Shown one piece after another: positions 10,311-20,079 of a DNA stretch of 64,000 nucleotides. The stretch comes from Candidatus Woesearchaeota archaeon (GTDB lineage Archaea; Nanobdellota; Nanobdellia; Woesearchaeales; JAFGLG01): contig JAFGLG010000017.1 of the NCBI GenBank assembly GCA_016928155.1, positions 4,134 to 68,133 on the forward strand, in the 5' to 3' direction. How positions within the stretch are numbered: position 1 is the stretch's first letter; every line of letters begins with the position of its first letter. The notes under the pieces are model-generated. The model was given only the letters and a program-made list of their open reading frames with translations. It ran no database searches and had not been told where the DNA came from. The position numbers and the translations under genes were made by a program.

Positions 10311-10440
10311 GATGATCATTATAAGAAAAGATGATCATTATAAGAAGATGTGATCGTTGCAAGAGGATATAATTATTGCCAGAAAAGACAATTATTATAA
10401 GGAAAGAATATCTGTATGAGAAGATGATCATTTTCAATGG
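10311..10440. repeat. about 7 degenerate tandem repeats of 17-21 nt (GATGATCATTATAAGAA-like) in a divergent intergenic region
   Basis: gatgatcattataagaaaa / gatgatcattataagaa / gatgtgatcgttgcaagag / gatataattattgccagaaaa / gacaattattataaggaaa / gaatatctgtatgagaa / gatgatcattttcaatgg. Confidence 0.6.
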
Positions 10441-10522
10441 ATTTTCAGAAGATTGATGTTTTTAGGCTGCAATAAGCTGATATTTCCGTCACATTTAAAA
10501 ATGCTCCACTTATCCCCCTTTT

Positions 10523-10699
10523 ATGCCTAAAAAATGCATCATTTGTCATGAGAAGGCTGATTTCTGCATCAAGGACTCAAGCGATTTCTACTGTGCAGAC
10601 TGTGCCAAAGAGTATTTTGCTGATACCAGTTTGCTTATAACTGTTGAGGAGCAGGCCAAGAGGCTCAAGGAGCTTATTGATGACCCGGATCAGCTTTAA
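10523..10699 (+). CDS. small zinc-ribbon protein (58 aa)
   Basis: Not in the ORF track because it is shorter than 60 aa. Translation is MPKKCIICHEKADFCIKDSSDFYCADCAKEYF..., with two CxxC pairs. Confidence 0.35.
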   Translation: MPKKCIICHEKADFCIKDSSDFYCADCAKEYFADTSLLITVEEQAKRLKELIDDPDQL

Positions 10700-10728
10700 A
10701 AGCAGGGGATTATTCTGTTGAGATCAAG

Positions 10729-11688
10729 ATGAGATATTCCAGACAGGTAGCATTGACGGAAATTGGCAGGGACGGCCAGAAGAAGCTCACTGGATCTTCT
10801 GTGGCTATTATTGGTGTAGGCGCTCTTGGATCCTGTTCAGCTGAACTTTTGGCAAGGGCGGGGATAGGCAGGCTCATCCTGGTTGATGACGAAAAAGTAG
10901 AGCTCTCTAATATCCAGAGGCAATGCCTTTTTGATGAGAAAGATATTGGCAAGCTCAAGGTTTCTGTTGCTGAGAAGAAGCTTGCACTGATCAATTCTGG
11001 TATTGAAGTGGAGTCCTATGATGCCCGGCTCAATGAGGGTAATCTGGACCTCCTTGATTGCGATTTGATTATTGATGCGACTGATAATATTGGATCAAGA
11101 CTCCTGATCAGCAGTTATGCATATGCTCATTCTATCCCATTCATCTTTGGCAGCGTTGTCCAGACAAGGGGCATGATGTTTGTCTCGCATGAAGGGCCTT
11201 GTTTGGGATGCATCATTGGGGATGCTGTTTCTGAGTCTGACTGCACATCGTCTGGCATCATCAACACCATACCGCCGATGATCGCCTCTTTGCAGGTCAC
11301 AGAAGCCATAAAGATGCTTACTGGTCATCCGGCTTCCAGGGATCTGATGATTTTGGATGTGTGGAAGGGGGAGCTCTCCAGGATCAAGGTGAAGAAAAGG
11401 CCGGGATGCCCTGTGTGCGGGGCGGATAAGTTCGGTTTTACTGTCGAGAGATGCAAGACAAAAGCAGCATATTCCGCAAGACCCCTGAAGTCGCAGAAGC
11501 TCGATCTTGACAGCATAAAGAAGCGCTTCAAGGTTGTGATGGAGACTCCGATGCTGCTCGTGATTGATGAGCATGGTGAGATAATAGTCCACAGGCATGG
11601 CGAGCTCATGTTCAAGGCATTGGATGATGTCAGGAAGATAAGGGATATATCTGAAAGGATTTACAGGGTGGGTGTTCATGGCGCTTAA
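10729..11688 (+). CDS. ThiF/MoeB/E1-like adenylyltransferase with C-terminal CxxC domain
   Basis: Nucleotide-binding loop IIGVGALGSCSAELLARAGIGRLILVDDEKVELSNIQRQ, plus CPVCG. Confidence 0.8.
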   Translation: MRYSRQVALTEIGRDGQKKLTGSSVAIIGVGALGSCSAELLARAGIGRLILVDDEKVELSNIQRQCLFDEKDIGKLKVSVAEKKLALINSGIEVESYDARLNEGNLDLLDCDLIIDATDNIGSRLLISSYAYAHSIPFIFGSVVQTRGMMFVSHEGPCLGCIIGDAVSESDCTSSGIINTIPPMIASLQVTEAIKMLTGHPASRDLMILDVWKGELSRIKVKKRPGCPVCGADKFGFTVERCKTKAAYSARPLKSQKLDLDSIKKRFKVVMETPMLLVIDEHGEIIVHRHGELMFKALDDVRKIRDISERIYRVGVHGA

Positions 11689-12751
11689 GGATAAGGAACT
11701 GGATAGTATCAGGGGGCATCTTGATGATTGCAGCAAGCCCCTTTTCTATTTTGATGACGATGTCGATGGCCTTTGCAGTTTCCTGCTGTTGTACAGGTAT
11801 AAGAGAGAGGGCAAGGGCATAATCCTGAAGGTCGCTCCTGAGGTAAAGAAGGAGATGGCCAGGAAAGCTGTTGAGTTCGGTGCTGACAAGGTCTTCATCC
11901 TCGACAAGCCCATGGTGAGCGATGAGTTCTTTGATGAGATAAAGGCTGATATTGTCTGGCTTGATCATCATGAGGTCCAGGATATCTCTCACTCGAATGT
12001 CCATTATTTCAATCCGAGGAAGCATGAGGACTCTGACAACAGGCCTACGACTTACTGGTGCTATAAGGTGGTTGACCCGAAGCTTGAGGATAAGAATAAT
12101 CTCTGGATCGCTGCTGTGGGGTGTGTGGGTGATTGGCATCTTCCTGATTTCTTCGACAGGTTCAGGGAAGTGTTTCCTGAACTGGTGGGCGAGGATGTGA
12201 AGAAGCCCGAGGATGCTTATTTTGCCTCTAGGCTGGGTGAGTTGATAAGGATACTCTCATACATCCTCAAGGGCCAGACAACTGAGGTCTTCAAGTGCAT
12301 TAAGATCCTCACAAGGATTGAGTCTCCGGTTGAGATACTTGATCAGGCAACCGACCGCGGCAGGTTCATATATAAGAAATATCTTAAGGAGAAGGAAGAG
12401 TATGATTCTATCATGCGCGAGATAGTGGAGAAGCACGGGCCCGGTGATAAGAAGAAGGGGATGATCGTGCATATCTACCACGCGAACAAGACCAGCTTCA
12501 CATCTGATCTTTCCAATGAGCTTCTTTACATGTTCCCTGAAAGGATCATCCTTGTCGGACGCGAGAAGAATGAGGAGATCAAGTTGAGCTTGAGATCGTC
12601 TAAGGAGCATGACTTGAGGGAAGCTTTGGAATCTGCCTTGACTGTTGCTGAGGGTTATGGTGGGGGCCACAGGAATGCCTGCGGCGCCAATGTGAAGAAG
12701 CGTGATTTCAGTCAGTTTGTTGAAAAGCTCAGGGGTGAGCTGGGCGTTTGA
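11672..12751 (+). CDS. DHH/DHHA1-family phosphoesterase (archaeal RecJ/NrnA-like)
   Basis: DHH motif LDHHEV. DHHA1 motif GGGHRNACGA. Overlaps the upstream gene by 17 nt. Confidence 0.7.
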   Translation: MFMALKDKELDSIRGHLDDCSKPLFYFDDDVDGLCSFLLLYRYKREGKGIILKVAPEVKKEMARKAVEFGADKVFILDKPMVSDEFFDEIKADIVWLDHHEVQDISHSNVHYFNPRKHEDSDNRPTTYWCYKVVDPKLEDKNNLWIAAVGCVGDWHLPDFFDRFREVFPELVGEDVKKPEDAYFASRLGELIRILSYILKGQTTEVFKCIKILTRIESPVEILDQATDRGRFIYKKYLKEKEEYDSIMREIVEKHGPGDKKKGMIVHIYHANKTSFTSDLSNELLYMFPERIILVGREKNEEIKLSLRSSKEHDLREALESALTVAEGYGGGHRNACGANVKKRDFSQFVEKLRGELGV

Positions 12752-12792
12752 ACCGCAATCTTTATTAATGCTTCATTTCTCCGGAACACGAT

Positions 12793-12891
12793 GCGCCGAT
12801 GGTCTAATGGCTATGACAGCGGCCTTCCAAGCAGGTGAAGTCAGCCGTTTATCCGGGTTCGAAACTCTATGCGAAAGTCCCGGTCGGCGCA
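12793..12891 (+). tRNA. tRNA-Gly(UCC)-like with two predicted introns (anticodon loop and T-loop)
   Basis: Acceptor stem GCGCCGA/TCGGCGC is perfect and the discriminator is A. Anticodon stem is GCGGC/GCCGT with loop CTTCCAA, interrupted by about 13 nt. T-stem is CCGGG/CCCGG with loop TTCGAAA, interrupted by 14 nt (CTCTATGCGAAAGT). Removing the insertions gives a 72-nt cloverleaf. Confidence 0.5.
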
Positions 12892-12946
12892 TTTGATTCT
12901 TTCCTTACCGAAAATTATTTAATGACATCTCGCATGTTTTGTTCTC

Positions 12947-13591
12947 ATGAGGAGACCGAGAATTGTTGTATTCACAGCCCATGATGATGATAATGTATTT
13001 GGTCTTGGCGGGACACTGATAAAATACATCGGGGAAGGCCATGATGTGACCTGTGTCATCTTCTCTTATGGGGAAAGCAGCAATATACTTCTGAAGAAGA
13101 ACATCACAAAAGGGATGAGGAAGAAGGAATGGCTTGAGGTCTCGAGATTCATCGGTGTCAGGAAGACTGTCTACTTCGGTCTTGAGGACATGAATGTCGA
13201 TAGGGAGATCAGGAATAAGCAGGTCCTTGAGGAGACAATCAAGGTTCTCAGGAAGACAAAGCCGGATAAGGTATTCACCCACTCAGCGAATGATGCCCAC
13301 CCCGACCACAAGGCTGTACATTCTCTGGTCCTTGAGGCTTATGATGGGCTCGGCCTGAAGTCAGACCTTTATACATTCGACGTCTGGACACCGTTCAGGA
13401 AGAGCAAGGACCTTCCTGAGATGTACGTTGATATCACCGGGCAGTTCAGGAAGAAGCTCAAGGCGATTTTCATGTTCAGGAGCCAGAGGAATACCATCTT
13501 CACTCTGATGACTTCGGTCTATTGGAAGGCGTTTTATTTCGGTCTCAAGAATCATTGCAGATGGGCTGAGAAGTTCTATAAGGAGAGATAG
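12947..13591 (+). CDS. PIG-L/LmbE-family N-acetylglucosaminyl deacetylase
   Basis: VFTAHDDDNVFGLGG and HPDH motifs. Confidence 0.75.
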   Translation: MRRPRIVVFTAHDDDNVFGLGGTLIKYIGEGHDVTCVIFSYGESSNILLKKNITKGMRKKEWLEVSRFIGVRKTVYFGLEDMNVDREIRNKQVLEETIKVLRKTKPDKVFTHSANDAHPDHKAVHSLVLEAYDGLGLKSDLYTFDVWTPFRKSKDLPEMYVDITGQFRKKLKAIFMFRSQRNTIFTLMTSVYWKAFYFGLKNHCRWAEKFYKER

Positions 13592-13592
13592 A

Positions 13593-14714
13593 ATGAGGAT
13601 ATTGGTTGCGACTGACAATTACTTGCCGAGGTGGGATGGGATATCGCGGTTCCTGCACGAGATTCTTCCGGGGCTCGCCAGGAATTTTGACATAAGCGTC
13701 ATCGGCCCCGGATTCCCGGGCAAGAGCATGGGCATCAGGGGAGTCTCTGCCGAGCTGCTCCCCACTTTCGGGTTTCATGTGGGTGATTACAGCCCTGCTA
13801 AGCCCAGCATGAGGAAGATAAGGGAGATGGTGGAAGATTGTGATGTGGTCTTCTCCCAGTCTCTCGGCCCGATAGGTTTTTTTGCTGTGAATTATGCCAA
13901 GAGGTATGGCAAGCCTCTTGTCTGCTATGTGCATTCCATTGAATGGGAGCTTTTTGAGAAATCCATCAAGCTGCACAGGTATGCCAAAAGCATTGTGAAG
14001 CATACAACAAAAAGCCTCGCCCGCAGCCTCTACAATAAGGCTGACCTTCTTCTTGTCCCTTCGAAAGAGATTGGCTCATTGCTCACTAAGGAAGGTATCA
14101 GGACAAAGAAACATGTCGTGCATCTGGGCATCAACACAGAAGAGTTCAGGCCGTCAGCAAAAAAGGCTGATGCTAAGAAGAAGCTTTCTTTTGGGGATGA
14201 TATTATCATAGGATTCACAGGGAGGCTTGGGAGGGAGAAGGATCTTCCTACCCTGTATGAGGCTTTTGATATAATCTCAAGGGTGCATGATGATGTCAGG
14301 CTTGTTATCGTCGGCACGGGCATTGAGGAGCTTGGGTCCCGCACGAACAAACGTGTCATTTTCACTGGGAATGTGGATAATGTGCAGGACTATCTCAGGG
14401 CTTTTGATATATTTGTCATGCCATCACTGACAGAGACCTCATCTCTTGCCACCATGGAGGCCATGGCCTGCGCCTTGCCTGTTGTATCGACAAAAGTCGG
14501 TTACATAAGGCATTATATCAGGGATGGGCAGAATGGTTTCTTCTTCGATTTTGGTGACGCCAATGGTCTTGCCAGAAGGCTTGACATGCTCATCGGGTCA
14601 GAATCATTGAGGAGAAGCATAGGTAAGAAGGCCCGCGAGACCATTGTCAGGAAATATCCTTGGTCAAAGACGATGAAGGAGCTGAATATGGTTTTTGATG
14701 GCTTCAGACCTTGA
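13593..14714 (+). CDS. glycosyltransferase family 4 (group 1 GT)
   Basis: FTGRLGREK..., the EX7E region MPSLTETSSLATMEAMACALPVV, and STKVG. Confidence 0.8.
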   Translation: MRILVATDNYLPRWDGISRFLHEILPGLARNFDISVIGPGFPGKSMGIRGVSAELLPTFGFHVGDYSPAKPSMRKIREMVEDCDVVFSQSLGPIGFFAVNYAKRYGKPLVCYVHSIEWELFEKSIKLHRYAKSIVKHTTKSLARSLYNKADLLLVPSKEIGSLLTKEGIRTKKHVVHLGINTEEFRPSAKKADAKKKLSFGDDIIIGFTGRLGREKDLPTLYEAFDIISRVHDDVRLVIVGTGIEELGSRTNKRVIFTGNVDNVQDYLRAFDIFVMPSLTETSSLATMEAMACALPVVSTKVGYIRHYIRDGQNGFFFDFGDANGLARRLDMLIGSESLRRSIGKKARETIVRKYPWSKTMKELNMVFDGFRP

Positions 14715-17700
14715 GGCTTACGACATTGCTCACTCCGTGTTCGTCCATGGAGACGCCGTAGAGTATCTCTCCTTCTGAGACAACGGAATCATTATGTGTT
14801 ATCATGAGGTATTGGGCCCTGTCAGAGTATTGTGCGACGAGCTTTGCCAGTTTCTCTGAATTCTTCTTGTCCAGCGCTGCATCCACTTCATCAAGCACAT
14901 AGAATGACGCCGGCTCATGTTCCTGTATGCAGAATATGAATGCCAGCGCTGTCATGGTCTTCTCGCCTCCTGAGAGGCTTCTTATGTCAAGGAATTTCTT
15001 TCCTGATAGCCTTACCTTTATCCTGACCCCTTCTGCGAGCGGCTCTTTCTCATTCTCAAGCTCAAGGTAAGCGTCTCCTTTTGTGGACAGCTGTGAGAAT
15101 ATGTTCTTGAAGTTCTCTGTTACCACATTGAATGTCTTGAGGAAAAGGTCTTTCTTCTTCGTGTCTATCTCGTTTATCATGAGCAACACGTCGGACCTCT
15201 CTGTCTCCAGCTTCTTCTTCTTCTCGTGCAGGTTCTTGTATTCATGCTCGACATTGTCGTATATCTCAAGTGCCTTGAGGTTGACTGAACCGAGGTTCTG
15301 CACCATGTTCTCGAACTGGCTTATCTCCCTCTTGAGGTCCTGTTCTGATTTCTGCTTGTCCAGGCTGACCCCTTCATAGTCCTTGAATTCGTTCTGGAGG
15401 TTGTCGAGGTCTGCCTTGACCCTGGCGTTCTCAAGGTTTATTGAGTTTATAAGGTGGTCCTCTTTCCTTTCCTGCTCGAAGAGCGCTGTCAGCTTGTCGT
15501 CAAGCTTCTTGATGTCTGTGTCTATCTTTGTCTTGTCTGTGAAAAGGCTTTTGAACTGCTCGTAGAACCTCTTCTCGATCTTCTCGCTCTCCTTGAGCTT
15601 TGTATCCAGCCCGGCCATCATGCCCTGGTTGTCTTTGATCTGGCCTTCGAAGTCCGCTTTCTCTTTCTTCTGGTCTGCCAGCAGCCTGTCTATCCTGGCA
15701 TTCTCTGGGTCCAGTATGTTCTTTGTCTGCGCATCGATGTTGCTTGTCTCTATCTGCAGCTTGCTTATCTGTTCGTTCAGCTCGCTCTTTTTCTGCTCGA
15801 ATGTGTTCAGCTCGGCCAGCAGCCTCGGGTTCCTCAGCTCGTTTATCTTGTCCCTGAGCTCCTGCTTCTTCATCTTCAGCTCGGCCAGCGACCGGTTGCC
15901 TTCCGATATCTTGCTCTGGACCATGTTCATCTGCTTGTCGACGCTGCCTGTCCTGTCGTTCAGCTCCTTCTTCTGTTTTTTCGAGACATCCATGTCACCT
16001 GAATCAAGGTGGAGTGTCTTCTCTATCTTTATTATGTCCGCCTCGAGGTTCACCTTGAGCTGCCTCAGCCTGTCGATCCTCTTCTCGTTCTCTTCTTTCC
16101 TGCTTTCGAGGGCTGACACCATCCTTTCCAGGTCCTCTAGGTCTTTCTCTCTCTTGGAGATGTCCTTGATGACCTCTTTCTCCTGGAAGCTGAAGCCCTG
16201 CCTCTTGGTCGACCTGTAACCGCCTTTCATGGCCCCGCTGAGCTCAGTGAGGTCCCCCCCGAGTGTCACCATCTTGGCTGTCCCTACACCTATCCTTCTT
16301 GCTGTCTGTATGTCATCGACGACCACTGTGCTTCCGAATACATATGAGAATATGCCCCTGAACTTCGGCTCATGGCTCACCAGGTCTATTGCCAGCCCGT
16401 GGACTCCGCTTGTGTCCTTAAGGGCTTTCGCTGCCTGGTCTGCCTGCTTGCCGTGCACCTTGTTGAGCGGGAGGAATGTGGCTACCCCGAGCTTGTTGTC
16501 CTTGAGATAGCTTATGCATCTTGCTGCGACTGCGTCGTTCTCCACGACAACCCCCTTTATCTTCTGCCCTGCCGCTATCTCTAGCGCAAGCGAGTATTTG
16601 GAGCTTACCTCTCCTAGCTCTGATACCGCACCATAGATGCCTTTTATGCTCTTCCTCTGCTCCAGGATCTTCCTTAGGGCGGTGTCCCCGAGGGATATCT
16701 CCTTTATGCTCATCTCTCGCGCCCTGAGCTTAGAGAGCTCCTCGTTGATCGTGAGTGTCTTTGACCTTGCTGTGCCTAATTGCGCTGACAGGCTTGAATC
16801 CTCGTTGAGCAGCTGGTTCAGCTCCAGGGTCGCTGACTTGAACTCCTTCTTCTTCTGTTTCAGGTCCTCTATCTGGGCCTTGTTCTCCTTCTCCAGCATC
16901 AGCACTTTTTCCATCTTCTCGTCTATTGCCTGGACCTGGAACTCTATCCTGTCCTTCTCCCTGAGAAGGTCCTGCTGCTGCTGCCTGAGGTCGCCCAGGC
17001 CTTTCTGCATATCATCCGCTTTCTTGTCGAGTCCTTCTATCTCCTTGTCTAGCTCTGCTGCATTCTGAAGGTCATGCTTTTTCCTGAAGTCATCTATCTT
17101 CCTGCTTATCAGCTCCCTCTCGTTCTCCCTGGACTTCAGCTGTTTGCCCAGCTCGCTTCTCTCGAATTCAAGGCTCTTTTTCTTCTCGATTATCTCGTCT
17201 TTCTGTTTCTGGAGCTGCTCTTCCCTCTGGTTTATCCGGTGAATCTCGTTCTTCAGGGCTTCTGTCTTGTTCTTCAGCGTCGCGATCTCCACCCTTATCT
17301 TCTCTGCCTGCTTGTGCATGTCCACCTGCTCTTTCTCGCCTTTCTGCTCTATCTCCTTGTTTATTGCATCTGTCTTTTCCTTGAGCTCTGCCATCCTGGT
17401 CTTCAGCTCGTGGATCTCCTTGGTGACCTTGTCTATCCTTTCCTGGTGTTTCTTGGCCCTCGAGTCGAACTCATCTTTCTCTGCCTGCTTCTTCTCTATC
17501 TGCCGCCATAGGAATGTGGCCTTGTTCGTCTTTATCTTGCTGTTGAGGTTCTGGTATTTTGCTGCCTGGTCCCTCTCTTTCTTGAGATTCTTGAGGTTGT
17601 TTTCTCTCTCTCCGAGTATTATCTCAGATTCCTTCAGCTTCTGCTCTACCTTATCCAGCTCCATGAGGGCTTTCTGCCTCTTCTCCTCATATTTTGAAAT

Positions 17701-18201
17701 GCCTGATATCTCCTCTATTAGCATCCTCCTGTCATTGGGGGACATCTCAACGAACTTGACTATGTCCCCCTGTAGGATTATGTTATACCCTTCCGGGTCA
17801 ATCCTGGCAAGCCCCAGGAGGTCTAGAATCTCTTGTCTTGTCCTCTTCTCTTCATTGATTTTATAGATGCTGACCCCGTTCGGCCTGACTATCCTTGTGA
17901 TCTTTATCTCCTTGTCTTCTGTCGGAAAGGTCTTGTCCATATTGTCGAAATATATCGATACCTCTGCGAATGCTGCGCTCTTCTTCGACTTCCCGCCGTT
18001 GTAGATGAGGTTTGCTGACTTCTCTGCTCTTAGCGCTTTTGAGCTTGACCTTCCGAGAACAAAGCAGATTGCATCGAGTATGTTCGATTTTCCGGAGCCG
18101 TTCGGGCCAAGCACGACATTGAATTTGTTTCCGAATATAAGTTCAGTCCTTTTGGCGAATGATTTGAATCCGTGTAAGACGAGTTTGTTTATCTTTGTCA
18201 A
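14704..18201 (-). CDS. smc: SMC chromosome segregation ATPase
   Basis: 1165 aa. N-terminal Walker A GPNGSGKSN. Long coiled coils with a hinge. C-terminal LSGGEK signature and Walker B VLDEVDAALD. Confidence 0.9.
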   Translation of the reverse strand: MTKINKLVLHGFKSFAKRTELIFGNKFNVVLGPNGSGKSNILDAICFVLGRSSSKALRAEKSANLIYNGGKSKKSAAFAEVSIYFDNMDKTFPTEDKEIKITRIVRPNGVSIYKINEEKRTRQEILDLLGLARIDPEGYNIILQGDIVKFVEMSPNDRRMLIEEISGISKYEEKRQKALMELDKVEQKLKESEIILGERENNLKNLKKERDQAAKYQNLNSKIKTNKATFLWRQIEKKQAEKDEFDSRAKKHQERIDKVTKEIHELKTRMAELKEKTDAINKEIEQKGEKEQVDMHKQAEKIRVEIATLKNKTEALKNEIHRINQREEQLQKQKDEIIEKKKSLEFERSELGKQLKSRENERELISRKIDDFRKKHDLQNAAELDKEIEGLDKKADDMQKGLGDLRQQQQDLLREKDRIEFQVQAIDEKMEKVLMLEKENKAQIEDLKQKKKEFKSATLELNQLLNEDSSLSAQLGTARSKTLTINEELSKLRAREMSIKEISLGDTALRKILEQRKSIKGIYGAVSELGEVSSKYSLALEIAAGQKIKGVVVENDAVAARCISYLKDNKLGVATFLPLNKVHGKQADQAAKALKDTSGVHGLAIDLVSHEPKFRGIFSYVFGSTVVVDDIQTARRIGVGTAKMVTLGGDLTELSGAMKGGYRSTKRQGFSFQEKEVIKDISKREKDLEDLERMVSALESRKEENEKRIDRLRQLKVNLEADIIKIEKTLHLDSGDMDVSKKQKKELNDRTGSVDKQMNMVQSKISEGNRSLAELKMKKQELRDKINELRNPRLLAELNTFEQKKSELNEQISKLQIETSNIDAQTKNILDPENARIDRLLADQKKEKADFEGQIKDNQGMMAGLDTKLKESEKIEKRFYEQFKSLFTDKTKIDTDIKKLDDKLTALFEQERKEDHLINSINLENARVKADLDNLQNEFKDYEGVSLDKQKSEQDLKREISQFENMVQNLGSVNLKALEIYDNVEHEYKNLHEKKKKLETERSDVLLMINEIDTKKKDLFLKTFNVVTENFKNIFSQLSTKGDAYLELENEKEPLAEGVRIKVRLSGKKFLDIRSLSGGEKTMTALAFIFCIQEHEPASFYVLDEVDAALDKKNSEKLAKLVAQYSDRAQYLMITHNDSVVSEGEILYGVSMDEHGVSNVVSLKV

Positions 18202-18462
18202 AGTTACCCCTTCTTTTTCAATATGGACAATTTTTTATATGGACACGTCTATCCTGAGCCTTGTTTTCTGGTTATAATATTTAAATCTTTCTCTCAGCCA
18301 GAATCCGTATAAATGCAGAATTCTTGGCATAAAAGGCGTATAAACCATTTTTACCAAAATTATCAGCAGGATATTTATCGGCTGAAAGACATATATTGCA
18401 GGCTGTGTATTTAAAAGAGTTGCTAAAACTATTTAAGGTTTGGGAGAGAGCTTGGCAGGATA

Positions 18463-20079
18463 ATGGGGAGATCTCAGCAGAAGCGTGGAACTAGGGTCAA
18501 GAATGCCAAAAAGCCTTCCAGACATGTTTTAAATGCTTCTAAAAGCGCTGATGGCCGGGGCATTGGGCTCAGGTATTGGATAGTTCTTGCTCTGATTTTC
18601 ATTGTCTGCTCATGCCTGAGGATATATCTTGCGTATCAGGCCCCGTATTATTCAGATGACCTTGCGTATTTCAGCATGCGTCAGGTTGAGTCGATCCAAG
18701 AGACAGGATTCCCCATATTCAATGATACGCTGAGTTTTCAGGGAAGGCTCGCGATATTCTCTCCGTTGTTCCATTATTTTCTTGCCTTTTTCGGTCTTTT
18801 CCTTCCGTCAGCCATTGTGTTCAAGGTCATTCCGAATCTCCTTGCTGCATCTGTTGTTGTCATCATCTTTCTCATCACCTATGAGATAACCAGGTCAGGC
18901 ATGTCAGCTTTAGCATCCTCTGCATTGAGTGCCTTCGTCCCTGTCTATATCAAGACAACGATCAATTCAGTCTCTGTCCTCAGTCTTGTTGTCCCGCTCA
19001 TATTCTATCTCATATACTGCTATATGCGGATCGAAGAGGATCTTTTCATGAACCAGTTCATCATCCTGATTTTCATCCTGCCTCTCATCCATTCCACCGC
19101 TTTCCTCTTCATCATAGGCCTTGTGTTCTATATCTTCCTGGCGAAGCTCCAGGGATTGAGGCTGCTCCGCAAAGAGATCGAGGTCATACTGTTCTCGCTT
19201 TTCCTGATAATATGGGTGGAGTTCCTTATCTTCAAAAAAGCCTTTTTGTTCCACGGCATCCATGTGATATGGCAGAATGTCCCTCCGCAGGTATTGGATC
19301 TCTATTTCCAGCAGATCTCTTTTTTTGAGATATTGGGGCTGATCGGGGGCATCTCTTTTGTGATTGGTGCTTACACGATCTACAGGTACCTCTTCACCCA
19401 GAAGAACAAGGATATCTATCTTGTCGGCGGCTTCACCCTTTCTGTCGCCATCCTCCTTTGGCTGAGGCTGATAAAGCTTGAGACAGGGCTTGTGTTTTTC
19501 GGGCTTGTCCTCACTATCCTTGTGGGCCTTTTCTTTGGTCATTTCGACAGTGCTGTCCGGAAGACCAGGTTCGCCGGGCTGAGGTATATCGGGCACTCTG
19601 TCCTGATCATCCTGATTCTGGCAACAACTGTCTTCCCTTCCTATGTGATTGCTCAGAGGGAGATCCTTGACTCGACTACAGAAGCCAAGATATCTGCCCT
19701 TGAGTGGGCAAGGGACAGCCTGCCTCAGGATGCCACTCTGGTATCAATGATGGATGACGGGCATAAGATAAACCACATTGCGAAGAGGAAGAATATCCTG
19801 GATTCGAATTTCCTGCTGATTGAGGACGCTAAGATCAGGTATGCCGACCTTACTGACCTTTTCACCACCATGTTCAAGACTGAGGCGATAATGATCTTCG
19901 GGAAGTATGACGCCGAGTTTATCATGATGAGCCCCAGAGCAGCTGGATTCTATGGCATTGAGGGTCTCAGATATGTTGATGAGGTGTGTTTTGAGGAAGT
20001 ATACGATGAGGAGGGCATAATCATCTATCAGAATAGATGCACATTGGAGCCCTTGGAGAAAAATGGCCAGAAAGAATGA
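18463..20079 (+). CDS. polytopic membrane protein, GT-C-like glycosyltransferase candidate with C-terminal soluble domain
   Basis: More than 10 predicted transmembrane helices followed by a roughly 130-aa soluble tail. No WWDYG motif, so not a canonical AglB. Confidence 0.3.
   Translation: MGRSQQKRGTRVKNAKKPSRHVLNASKSADGRGIGLRYWIVLALIFIVCSCLRIYLAYQAPYYSDDLAYFSMRQVESIQETGFPIFNDTLSFQGRLAIFSPLFHYFLAFFGLFLPSAIVFKVIPNLLAASVVVIIFLITYEITRSGMSALASSALSAFVPVYIKTTINSVSVLSLVVPLIFYLIYCYMRIEEDLFMNQFIILIFILPLIHSTAFLFIIGLVFYIFLAKLQGLRLLRKEIEVILFSLFLIIWVEFLIFKKAFLFHGIHVIWQNVPPQVLDLYFQQISFFEILGLIGGISFVIGAYTIYRYLFTQKNKDIYLVGGFTLSVAILLWLRLIKLETGLVFFGLVLTILVGLFFGHFDSAVRKTRFAGLRYIGHSVLIILILATTVFPSYVIAQREILDSTTEAKISALEWARDSLPQDATLVSMMDDGHKINHIAKRKNILDSNFLLIEDAKIRYADLTDLFTTMFKTEAIMIFGKYDAEFIMMSPRAAGFYGIEGLRYVDEVCFEEVYDEEGIIIYQNRCTLEPLEKNGQKE

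Noticed and set aside
10311-10440. Possible CRISPR array, suggested by the tandem repeats here and at 33591..33678.
   Set aside because: The repeats are only 12-21 nt long. They degenerate without unique spacers of uniform length, and no cas genes are present.
12702-12896. 64-aa ORF overlapping the tRNA-Gly-like gene.
   Set aside because: The region folds as a tRNA. The ORF has no start context or motif.
15083-18018. Many 60-200-aa ORFs on the plus strand inside the SMC gene.
   Set aside because: They are antisense to a well-supported 1165-aa SMC gene. Their low-complexity Ser/Leu-rich translations are typical of antisense frames of coiled-coil coding sequence.
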